From Lytechinus pictus (lineage: Eukaryota): DNA of 64,000 nt. Positions 1 to 12,500 of the stretch are shown here, piece by piece (the stretch's first letter is position 1; each line of letters starts with the position of its first letter). The notes below the pieces were generated by a model. That model saw nothing but the letters and a program-made list of their open reading frames with translations, did no database searches and had not been told where the DNA came from. Location: the NCBI RefSeq assembly GCF_037042905.1, contig NC_087249.1, positions 6,698,001-6,762,000 on the forward strand, written 5' to 3'. The position numbers and the translations under genes were made by a program.

Positions 1-402
1 TGCATTCAATCAAGTTGCTACATGTGGGTTCAGTTAATCAATTAAAAAACACCAACATATAATTTTGAAGCTTAGTATTTGCATCTTCAGACCTGAAATC
101 ATTTTGGCCAAATTTTTATGGGTTTTAAGATAGGAAGTTGTACACTGATAGGAATGGAATAGCAGATTACTTCATATTTCCTTACATGCATATATGGCCT
201 TTTGTTTCAAAACTGGATATGATCTTTGTGAGTTTCCATTTCTTGACTTTTCACCACCCTGAAATAGGTGCAATCATGACACTAACTCTCTCTCTACTAA
301 GTTACATGTACATACACTCAACCCTGTAAAATTTTGGTAAAAGTTAGGTTTGGGGTCTACGATTGATGTTTAGTATGGTAAAATTAGGAAAATAGACTCC
401 AA

Positions 403-570
403 GGGGCCGTTTCATAAAGCTGTTCATAAGTTAAGAGCGACTTTAAGAACGACTGGTGAACCTTACGTGCCAAACCATCGCCAATGAATATACCATATAC
501 CACAAGAGAGGATCACCAGTCGTTCTTAAAGTCACTCTTAACTTACGAACTGCTTTATGAAACACCCACC
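403..570. mobile_element. MITE family 1 (ggggccgtttcataaagctgttc...); related copies at 4362-4565 and 25288-25960
   Basis: Long imperfect terminal inverted repeats; dispersed copies within the window. Confidence 0.75.
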
Positions 571-1488
571 AGATTAAATGTTGCAGTATATTATATACAT
601 GTATGTTGCAGAACTTTCAAAATGTTCACAAAGTTATATTAGAATTATTTCTTTTTACACTAGAGTTATAATCCATATTATGCCCATACTTATACTCAAT
701 GTTGATGCACTGTTAGTCTACATTTACCAAATATGTGTGCACATAGGTATATTTGGCACTTTGAGTAATATTTTTTCTTGTCAGAAGTTTAGAAAATCAA
801 AATCTTGTTTATAAACAGTTATCCAGAGAATTGCTGAACATGCATGTTTGATAGTGTATTCTTTCATAAGACTCCGATTCTAGAACTTTAGTAAAATGTG
901 TAAATTTTCCTGTATACACTAAAGGGATAACCTAGTAAACTTTCCCAAATCTCACAATTACTAACTCTTAGTAGGCCTATTAAATGTAATCAGATAAAAG
1001 TAGATGTGAAAGACTACATGTATGTGTATCCCCACTTCAGTTTTAATCTCAAATGTTTCAAGATTAGAATGCTCTTGTAGACGATTGTGGAGTGGATGTA
1101 TGAATAAACTTTTGAATGTTAACGGGTGTGTTTCTAACTCTCTCGCTCTTCCATTTATCCTCTTCTAACACAAAGTTGGTCTTTTCTTCAAACATTGGAG
1201 TGGCGGTAGGTCTCATTTCTATTAACAATCAATCACCTATCTTATGCGCTACATGTACTATCCATTGCTGCTTATACTGTACATGTGTTCAGTCTGTTAT
1301 GTGTACTCTGTCTGTTGTCTGTTGCCTTTTTAACAAAAGTATTCCTGTTGGGTATCGCGTTGGTCTTGCAAAAACTGTAAGTTTCAAACAACTTCATGTA
1401 CAATTGCTGACCTATCATTTTCAACAACAACCATCTTTTTTTTTCTCATCAGGTGAAGTGAAGTCCCAGTCTTGGGTATTAAAATTCT

Positions 1489-1641
1489 TGGGGAGTATTT
1501 CATAAAGATTTTTGTTGTCAGATCTGACAAATTGACTTGATTTCGTTTGGCTGAGAAGCACTGTTACTATGGAAACTGTCGGATAAAACAGGACTTGGTC
1601 AGATAAAATGCCCGACAAGTCCTTTAATGAAATGCTCCCCT
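1489..1641. mobile_element. MITE family 2 (core ttggctgagaagcactgttactatgg); copies at ~20270-20375, 20436-20593, 25092-25231, more diverged at 22830-22970 and 41521-41660
   Basis: TIRs ggggag(t/c)atttcat...atg(a/g)aa...ctcccc with a shared core. Confidence 0.75.
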
Positions 1642-3496
1642 GAATGCAGAGTTTATGATTTGGGTTTTAGTACTCGCACTAGATCTCATTTACCACTCAA
1701 ATGGGTCACCAAGTCATATTAAAGGTTGTTTGCAACATACCAAGGATGTAATCTAGGCTGGTACTTCCCGGGGTCACGAGGCCACAAGAGAAAACCACCT
1801 CCTGAGAATCTGTACATGTCACTTGGCCAGATGCTAAGGCCAGCAAAATGTGGCCTTGTCAACATCCCTGCAACTTACATGTACAAACTGCTTTATAACA
1901 CACCACCCCTGTCTGTAATTTTCCCATTTTTGGTATATTTACGAAAATTATCTTAAAGTTAATGAAAATTACAATTTTTTTTCTAAAACGTTATAATACA
2001 CATACCTATTGGAGAATGTTGAATAAAGAAAATACTCTTTAGTCATCCCAGATAATTTTCCCCATCCATAAAAATTTGCCATTTTTAATACAGGGTTGGC
2101 ACTCCTAATACTAATTGAGACAAGAGTGTATGGTATCCTCTTGCATGTTTTTTTTTTCAATGGCCGCATTTTGTCAATTCTTGTATATATTCTCATATTT
2201 ATGAAGACAAAATATCTACACTTTACTGTAAAGTGTTGCTTATACAGTATCCGCAAAGTGATAGTGACAAAGTATTCATGTGTATACGTAAGGCTTTATT
2301 AGCCTAAATACCACCTAAGTTTTCAAATATATATTGTACTCAACTATTAAATTCACATCCAAATATCACTCTGTTTTATGTCCCAACATTGTTCGTACCA
2401 CTCCACTTCAAAGCATATATATTAATTATACCCACATAGACATAAAAGTGAGTTTGTACGTACTGTATCCGGCTAGGATTATTATAATCATTATTATTGC
2501 ATTCACACAGGAGGTGAAAATTTGCAAAAGTATTTGTATGTATTCTGAGATTATGAAAATCCTATAAGATGTCATGATGGATCCCGCCCCCATGCTTTCG
2601 GTATAAGACATAAGTGCACCTTATTAAAACAACAATGGACCCTCAGTTAGAAAATAGCAGGGTAGCTTCAGAAACACTCATATTTCATATCAACATTTTA
2701 TTATCTTAAACATGAATTTTGTGAACTTCTTGATGGACATCTTGATAAACTTTTTGTCTCATGTTTAGCTCAATTTTCATTGAGCTGGAAATATCCGTTG
2801 AATAAAAAATCTGGTTATATATTTGTAAAGTAATGGTAAAATATAAATGCATGGAAAATGCTTTCTCATATGAATGCACCATGAATAATCTATTTTGAAC
2901 CAAAAATCCAGAGATTTAAGCAAAAAAGGTATGATAAAGGCAGAAAAAAGAGTCAGACCTTTGCTATTACATGTAAGTATATTTTTCCTTCCATTGCAAA
3001 GAGAGAAAAAGTATCTTTATTGCTTCATAACCATACATTTTTATTGAAAAAGTACCATAAATTTTTGCCATGTAGGGAATGTAAATGAAGCAATTGCTTG
3101 CAGCATTGCCTCAATGGCATTTTGCTGAAATGAATTTGCATGAGAATTGATCATTTGCACGTTGCATGAATATTACAAATGTGCTTTGGCTATGTACATT
3201 AATGTAGGCTGTATATAAATATATATATATAAGTGAGAAGTGATGCAAGAAGTCTTTGATTTATAATTTATCACTAGTTTTATTTGTCCTTATTGCATCA
3301 AATCACAAGTGCTACAGTGGTTTCTGATTTTGCATTGTGCAAAAGTTGCCTGAATTTCACTGTCAAAGACAATTGGCTGTGAATCTGTATATGTGTACAA
3401 TAAAAAAGCTTTTGGGAATAACTTTAATTAATGACCTGTAATGTAATATCTTTAATAATTTATTCAATTTCAAACAATCTCTATTTGCCTTTGCAG

Positions 3497-3570
3497 CTAT
3501 CAGTGAACAGGCGATTAGCGAAGCTGGAGAGGAGAAGAAGGAGGAGGATGGTGATCAGAAGACAGAAGAG
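3497..3570 (+). CDS. DNAI1: DNAI1 exon ([25 protein letters not shown])
   Basis: ttgcag|...GAG|gtaaat; acidic N-terminal linker; phase 1 to 0. Confidence 0.85.
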
Positions 3571-6500
3571 GTAAATATCACTTTCCCCTTCCCCTTCACA
3601 ATATCCGCCCCTTAGCCCATGTCATATGCTCCATGTATGCATGGTTACTTTTTACCGGTACTTAATGTTAGGAAGTTTACCATTCATTCCTGGTTTATTT
3701 GCAGAAGTATTTTCACTCAAATCTCAGAAAATTATCATCATTTGGTATTTATTTAAAACTGTACATGTACTAAAAAATTCATTGAAATACAGTGCTTATT
3801 ATCTTTTCCTTTTATTGCAAAATTCATTTTTAAAATACTTTTTACTGTAACATTGAAATGATTGCTGCCTTCTTGGTAATAATATAGGTCAAGATCATAT
3901 GCCAGTTCATAAATCAATATATTTATTCAGGAAATGTTGCTGCTCCAGACAACCAGTTAAAGTGCACAGGAAATTTGGTATAATATACCCCACTGCACAA
4001 GCTTGTCTAAGTACCATTAACAACAGCAGCAACAAAAACAACAGCAACATCAGCAACAGCAACAACAGAATACTCTGGATAGAATGATATCATAATGTAT
4101 ACTTATTATAAATGTAATAATGCTGCGATCTTAAACTAAAAGTGAATCTTTTATCCTTACCGAAGGGTGATAAACAAGAGGAAGGTTCGGAGGTATGTTG
4201 ATTTACATGAAATGTTAGAGATTTTTTTCAAATCTTCTTAATTCTTTTTATTTTCTGGTATTGTTCCTTGGTGTATTTCTGGACTGGTTTTGATGTCCTC
4301 CTCTTTTGTAGTGCTGCATGCCTAATAAATGCATGAATAGGACAGTTAATAATATTCCAAGTGGGTGTTTCTTAAGCTGTTTGTAAGTTATGAATAATTA
4401 TGCACGTTTGGTGACCCTTTATTGGGCTATATGATATCCCTACATAACTGACTTTAGCACCTAAGAACATGTTCCAGTCCTGTATCCAGTCATGCATCCA
4501 CCCATGAGGAAAGTTGTGCATGAAGTCATGCATAACTTTACCCACAGTGTTTATGAAACGCCCACCAGTGTTTATTTTCTCTCTGGTATGTGGCCAATTC
4601 TGTTACTTTACGTCATACATGTACATGTAGATAACGAGTCGGGGTTTCTTGTTGTCGTCTTTACGATTCTGAAAACACCTTTTCACGGGATATTCATCTG
4701 GTTCTTCGTACACGTTTACAAGTCTGAGGGATAATATTTCTTTTGTGAATAGTAATCTGTCTGTGAGCTTTTATTCTGTTTATGCTTTTTCTTTGGGTTT
4801 CTTGAAAGTGTTGGAAGTTTTGTGTTAACAGAGGATGAATTTTATTCCACTTGATTAACATTCAAATTGCAGGAACAGTGCCGGAAATCCAATCACTTAC
4901 ACCCTGTAATATTTAATGTAGCAAGGTACATGTAATGTTTGATTGATATTTGAACAGTATGGTAATAAGTATTGTTTGTATGATATTTCACCAGTTTTTG
5001 GACGACTATTCTATTTCTCTCGGTCTTTCTTTGTTTTGCATGGTTTTGTGTTATATTTTGTCACCTTAATTTTGTTATAAATTCTTGGATTTTACTTAAT
5101 TCTATTCAGTTTTTTTCTTTACTTTTAATCTTGATAAAATTGACATTTTTTCTTGATCATGAAAGCTTTAATAATGCAAGCTATATTTTTTTATCTTGAG
5201 TCCTCTCTTCCATCCTAAGAAATAGAAGTAGTTTGATTAAAATTTTTATATTCATTGGGGTAATTATACAATCATGGCTTGTAATTGGGTTGCTATATAG
5301 TTTGGTATTTTATAGTAAAGCTTTATCTATATGTATTCACTTTGGTCTTTTTCAAACCAAGAAGTTTAGCAGCGCTTCTGTACGTTTCCCTAGATCATTG
5401 AAGCAGTGAGTAAGTCCTATTTGACAGAGAGACTTCAAGGTTGATTCAAATTCCTAGAGTGGTTATTCACTATTTTATGTTTAATAATGATTTTAAAAAG
5501 CTGAAGATCTTGCAATGACATCTCATGAAATGAATTTGATATCTATCACAAGTAATTTTAACTCTAATAGTGAATTACTCACAGAGTCACTATTAATTCA
5601 AGATTATTGAAGCTACATGTACAGGTAACTGTTCTGTCTGTTGCATTTTATATTCTGTTTCCATCTCTCTCTTTAACCATCTTTCTCACTTATTGCCCCT
5701 CTTTTTTGCCTGTATGTTGCTTTGTCTCCCTGTCTTTGTATCTTTCTCTCTCACTTTCTCTGCATTTCCTCTTTTCTTTCTCTCTCCTTTTTCTTCCCTC
5801 TCTCTTTCTCTTCCCTCCTCCCCCTCTCCATACCCTCTTTATCTTTCACCCTTTTGCTCCTTCTCTCAAACTCTTTCTTCTTCTCATCTTTTACAATTCC
5901 CCTCTCTCTACCTTCCCCCTATTCTTCTCTTCTCTCTTCCCTCCTCTTTCTCCCTCATGTTCCCCTCTCCTTTTATTTGTCTCTCTCTTCCTTCCACCCC
6001 TTGGGAACCCCCTCTCCCATCTCTCTCCATCTTCTACAGCCCAAGGAAGGTGAGAAGAGGGACGAGGAGGCCACACCTGCTCCCGGCGAGGCCAAGTCAG
6101 ATCAGAAACTGACCAATCAGTTTAACTTCAGTGAGAGGGCCTCACAAACATACAACAACCCATACAGGGTAAGTTAAAGCATTTCTGATCAAGTTTAAAA
6201 TGATATATAGAGTAAGAAAGGAGAGTAGATAAATTTAATAGTTCTAAATTGAAAAGTTACATATAATTCATGATCTCCAAAACAGTCTCCATATTTTGTT
6301 CGAATTTGTTTTCCCCATATTTTGTTTGAAATAGAAAATAGAAATCCTCTGAAAATCAATTTTGCCCCATAGATCATGGGCCGGCAGCCACAGAGCAGTG
6401 CCAGATCTATGTTGCTCTATTCCTTAAATCGTTGAACGCCAAAAAGGGTAACAGCAAATCTCCATCTTTTAACATCTTTTAGACCTCCCATTTGTGTGGC

Positions 6501-9500
6501 AGAGGCTCTAACAACTGAGCCAGCACACCGATATTGGCTCATGGATTAATATCTTTCTTAAATGTACAACAATATGAAGAGTTAACATTGGGCCCTCACT
6601 TGCGTTTTCATGTATGAATTTTATGTCGCATCGTTCATTTCTGGATAGACATGATAAAACAACTTACATTCAGATTTTTGATTTTTTGTACATTTGTTAC
6701 TTCCAGTTTTGTGATAAAGATGCTTCGTAGTTCAGACTAGATGTGGGGTATAGTGAAAAAAAAATTATTTTAAGTCAATTCTAGAAAAAAATTGTCTGAT
6801 TGATTCTGAATGTTTATCCAAATAAAGTTTAATCATAGCTTTGTGAAGTGCATTGGAATATTCATGTTGTAAAGAAAAGTTTTTATTACTATCAGCTTAA
6901 ACTTCTGAAATTTTCCATCAGGAATTGCTGAGCGAATCGGTGATTGCCCCCCCCCCCCCTGGAGCCCATATTCTGGACTGCCTTAAAATTATGGGAAGCC
7001 AAACATGTCAATAACGTGTTCACTTGGTATATGTTTCTTATGTTTACTTTGCTCTTTCCTAATTCTTTAATGTGCAGACAATTATCTTTAATATTCATCC
7101 TTCCCAGACAGTTAAATAACGATTTGAGAGTCAAATGAGCTGAACATTGAACCTCTATGGTTAGAGATTTATGTCACAATTGGCTATCCATAGGTAAACC
7201 ATAATTTTAGACCAGAGATTTAATTAACCCTGACTTCAGAATACAAGCTGTTGTCAGGTTGTCCTCCCATTTTGACTTAATTGCCCGTATTCTGAAGTCG
7301 GGTTTAACTTAAACTCAGGTTTAAAGTTGTGGTTTAAGTATGGATAGCCAATTGTTACATAAATCACTAACAGTAGAGATATCATATTTCAGCTCATTTG
7401 GCTCTCAAACCATTCATAATATCTAAGAAGTGTAAATGGATGATTGTCTTCACCATCAATGAATCAGGAACGAGCACAATAAACATAAGAAACATCTTGA
7501 TAAAAATTTTGATACTTTTGGCTTCCCATACTTAAACCACAACTTTAAACCTGAGTTTAAGTTAAACCTGACTTCAGAATACGGGCCAATGTATCTTTTC
7601 TTATTTATTGTTTGTAGGAAAGAGGAACACAGACTGAGCCGCCACCCCGGGCTAACTTCTCATCCACCGCTAACCAATGGGAGATATATGATGCATATAT
7701 GGATGATCTTGAGAAGCAGGTGAGATCATAATGTAGTGGTATCTGCCAAAATATGTAGTTATTTCACGATTTGGTAGGAATATATATATAATAGTTATAC
7801 ACGATTTGTTAGGAACTACATATTGGCTGAGCTGATAAAACCTTGTATCTTAAAATTCAGATATTTTAATGACAGCTCAGAATAAGCTAGATTTTAGAGT
7901 TATAATAATATAATTACATGGGTAGCAACCTTCTTTTGCCTCGAAAGAGTTCTTCACAGGTGTCAGGAGACTGTTTTCAGAAATATGAGACTGCCACCAT
8001 TGCTATATTTTAAAAATAATCCTTTTCTAAGCTGCCCTATTTTTTTTTTTTTTTTTTGAGGTACAAGGTTTCATCAGCCCAGCCACGAATATATGCTTCA
8101 ATGGCAAATCAAAAGTATTTTGATGAAAGTTAAATCAAAGAATTTGATGATATTTGCAATGTGTGCTAAGGAATTATAATGATTTAGAATGGGTCTTGGT
8201 CGAGGCTTGTGAAAACTAGAAGCTTCTGTAGAATTTGTTTTAATGTATTGTCTGAGACTGAGGATTGCGCAAGAAGATGATCGAGGGATGACCTACAGGT
8301 CAAACCAGAAATAAAACATTGGTGTAAATAAGTGATCAATACTCTGTTCAAAGCACATAGTCTTTACAATCCTTGTAATTCATACTTTCATGTTTTGCCA
8401 TAGACTTATGATAGATTTCATTCGTAAGATTGGTCATATCTTGAACACCAGAGAGCATTGATCTGGGTAGCTTTTTATGATGAGTATAGTCTGTGATTTC
8501 CTTTGCTTTTAGCCAATCAGATGCAAGAATTTCTAATAGATAATAGCAAAAGTCAGTAAAAAATCACTGACATTTTGTTCCATGATACTCTCCCATAGCA
8601 TACACAGGCAGTTGTCAGCCAGAAAGAGAGAGAGAAATTTGGAAGATTCCAAGCCAAACCTAGAAAATAAACATTTTGAATTAATATTTCATTCAAAACA
8701 CTATTCATAATATGTTGGTGCTTATTTTGTAAAGCTACATGTATGAGCAGTTTGGTCTTTGCTAGCACACCTGGGACCTGTTGCAGAAAGATTTCAAGTA
8801 AAAATATCAAGCGCAAGTACCGAATACGGGTGCTTCATTGAATGAAAATCAAGTTACGCAAGATTTTTGAGTTGCGTTTGATCGCAACTCTTTCTGCAAC
8901 AGGCGCCTGTTCATTCAGAATTCCTTTAAAGTAACTTTTGTATAAACTGAGAACTGCTGATAGTTGTCTACTTCTGATCAGTAAATGTGCAATGTGCATG
9001 TATAAATTGAAGGAAAGACTAAGAGTGCAATATTAAACTTCTTGATTGGATCAAATGTCGGCATGATACCATTTATAAAATCATTATCATAATCGATTTC
9101 ATATATTTAATATATGCATGTAGGCACTATGCTGATGATGTCATTACTCTTGCATATATCCATAAATACTATATATTCCATCATCTATCTATTCTGTCAT
9201 TGCTGCCGATTAAACCCTGCTACTGCCGATGTTTTGGTGATATGACTACCTCACTATTGCTCCTATTACTCTAGGCTGAGGTTTGTAATATGTTTGCAGT
9301 TAGTTTAATCAAGTTGCGTTAGCATTAACTCAACTAACATCATAACCAGTGAAAGTTGGTTTCCGACATCCTGCATGGACTCCTTGACGTAATGCCTGCT
9401 CTACCAGACCCATTTGTGACATTCAATTCAATTCAATTCAATTCAATTCATTTATTTTCTCTTTCAATCTTTTTAAATTATTTGAAGCCTAATTGGATCA

Positions 9501-12500
9501 CTTTGCAACATTGTTGATCCATAGAGAATATTTGTTCGATATATCCAGTGGCCCGTTTCATAAAACTTGTTACAATAACAAATTTGCAATTACAGTTAAA
9601 AGCTATTGAAATCTTTCAATTTGATTGGCTGATTTTAAACTTGTCATAGAAATTGTGCATTTGTCACTATAAACAAGTCTTTATGAAACAGAACCTTGAT
9701 TTTTCATAGGAAATCTCATTAGGGGATTTCATTGCCAGTTTGATGATTGTAGGGATTATTATCTTTATAAATATTTTTAATTGCACTGATGCAATACAGT
9801 ACATGTATCAGTAAGCATACACATGTAGAATGTTTTATTCTTTGTGTATATGTAGTATTATTTTTAAGGCTGAGCATAAAAAGTTATTGGAGAAAATCAT
9901 AAAATATCACTTTGTCACGAATGGGTCACTTTTAAAAATGATTAATGTTGTGTGTTTTGCCTTTTAGGTTCAATGGTCCTGAATGTTATTACATTTCAAA
10001 GTTTTCTGTTGACAAACTTTGCAGCCTTTTTGTGTCATCTTCAATTGTCTGGCTTCAATGAAAATCAACTTGATAGGATAAAGGCCTATTTTATGAATTA
10101 ATGATTGTGTTTAAAAGAAAGTAGAAATTATTTGTAATTTTATTTAGTTGGTTGTGCAATAATCTGTGTTCTTTTCTATTTGATGTTAACACATTGAGCA
10201 GAATTCAAAGACGTTTTGAATCCCATCAAATTCCTTGTTATTTCAACGTCATTTTGAATATATGTGATCTGAAGATGTGATTGGGGTTTTTGTTGTATAC
10301 TTGTCCATCAGAGTGGGTCGAACTTGACTTTTTATTGATGTTTACTGGGAAGAAAGTCAGTTTGTTATAGTGACATATAGTACATATATCTACCGTAATA
10401 ATAATAATAAACACAGCATTTATTATACGCCATCTATCTAGTAAACTATTCTGAGGCGCAGAGGGATGGGGGGGGGGGGGTATAACAGAAAGGAAAAGAA
10501 AACATGTCTTTAAAGCGGAGCACACACTATGGGATCTATTGCACTATGAATTTTTATTAAGTCGCATTTTGCATTAATCATGGAAGTTTATTTAAAGTTC
10601 TGCATAATATTAAGAATAATAGAATCATATTTTTGCTTTGCGGCAAGCCCTGTGGTCGCAGTAAAGTAAAACTTGACTTCAATTCGCAGCCAATTGCGAT
10701 TTGGAATTGAATTTGCTTCAATTTATTCCTACAGGGAGACTCGAACTAGACTGAATTTCAATTTCAGTAGTTCTGAACTCTAATTGCTAAGATTTATTGG
10801 TTGGGATATTCATATAACATATTACATTTTTTTTAAAGATTTGGATCCCAACGGATCACATAGTGTGAGCTGTGATCTGTATGCTAACCTGAGAAGACAA
10901 TCTTTTCATCACAATTCAAGGAAATTTACCCTTAGTGACAAGGGGATGTGTGTTATGTCAATGCACTAAAGCAGATGAAACTCTTCAATGATGCATGCTA
11001 AACTGTACTTTTAACGAATAATAACTAACAATCTAATTTGCCTGCCTGTTTGCAAACTAACAATGATTTTCAATAACCTTTTATATTTGAAACATCAATG
11101 TTAAGAAGTTTCATCGCAGGTTTGGTCTGAAAAATAAGTCAGAAAAAACAAAACAAATGATGAATTAGAAACTAAAACCTTGTCTCCTAATTTTCATTAT
11201 GACTTGTGAATATCCATATTAAAAGTCAACGGTGGGCATTAGCACTAAATGTTTTGGTACCCATGGCTAGTTGAATAACAATGATAATAGTATTCCATTC
11301 TTGTATAGAAAGTCATGTATATTATGTTCTTATTTAACATCTTCGTGTGTTTTATTTTAAAGGATGTGAAGGAAAAGGGCATGAAGCATGCAATTTTTAG
11401 ATAGAATTATGAAAAATACAAACGGATGTTTATAAATTGCTTGAGTGTTAGCATTATCTTCCACTTGCTTCTTCCATGTCTTCTTTGGCCGTCCCCTCAT
11501 CCTATCTCCTAAAATCTTAAACAGCAAAGAAACCTATGTCACATAATTCAAAGCAACCCATTTCAAAATGTGAAATAAGTTTATGAGTTCACAAGACCCA
11601 TGTCATTATTTGCCACCTTGAAAATTTGACAAGCAAATAACATGGTTTTCATGTCCCAAGTTTTGCTATTCATTTATCATGGGTGGAGGGGGTTTGCACA
11701 GTACCATTTGTTTCTTAGCAATAGAAGATAAGAATAATGACTCGGGAGATTTACTGGTTATTCCACCCTCTTCTTTGGTCGATAGGAGAAGGCCAAGGAG
11801 AAGAAGGCCGCACCAACCAAGAAAGATGAGGATAAGAATAAGAAGAAGCTGACAGCACTTGAGACCCAATCAGACGATATGAGTCGCATTGCTGGGGCTT
11901 GTAAGATCATTGAGAGGATGGTGAATCAGAACACTTTTGATGATGTTTCACAAGGTATGATAGTCCCAATTTCCAGGCCCATTTTCTGTCTTTTTCCTAT
12001 TTTGAAGGTTAATTTATAAAAAATGGCAATACCCTACAATACTCAGAGCTTCTATATGATAGTGACTGAAAATGTAATCATTTTGGTATAAAGATGATAT
12101 TTGATATCTTCCAGCTTTTTTACTTTAGCCATCTGAGGGCGTTATTCATGCTTCCTATTTTAGATCAAATTCAGGCTTTGATCGCAAACTTAAATGAAGG
12201 TGTTTTTGACAATTGACATTCCAGAAAGGCATAAACAACTTATCAATTCTACACGCATTTTGGGTATGATCAAGACCGTAACATAAAATCACAATTCGCT
12301 TTTTATAACAGTGCACCCCCAACTAGACCTCTCCTCCAGGGCAAACATACATATACTGTTCGCTAGAAAAAAAAAAAATAGTATAAAAAGTTCTTTGTGG
12401 GAGAGTGTTTACTCTTAGCATTTATTATTATTATGATGAGTGTTTTGAACACTCATTCTACCCTTGCAAATGAATCATAAATACACCCTTACAGACTTTC

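Noticed and set aside
5607..6112. Overlapping 139-151 aa ORFs rich in L/S/F/P
   Set aside because: They are artefacts of a CT-rich tract that lacks stop codons; only 6040-6168 is a real exon.
10734..10770. Extra DNAI1 exon after the acceptor-like cctacag
   Set aside because: There is an in-frame TAG five codons in, and the flanking exons already join in frame.
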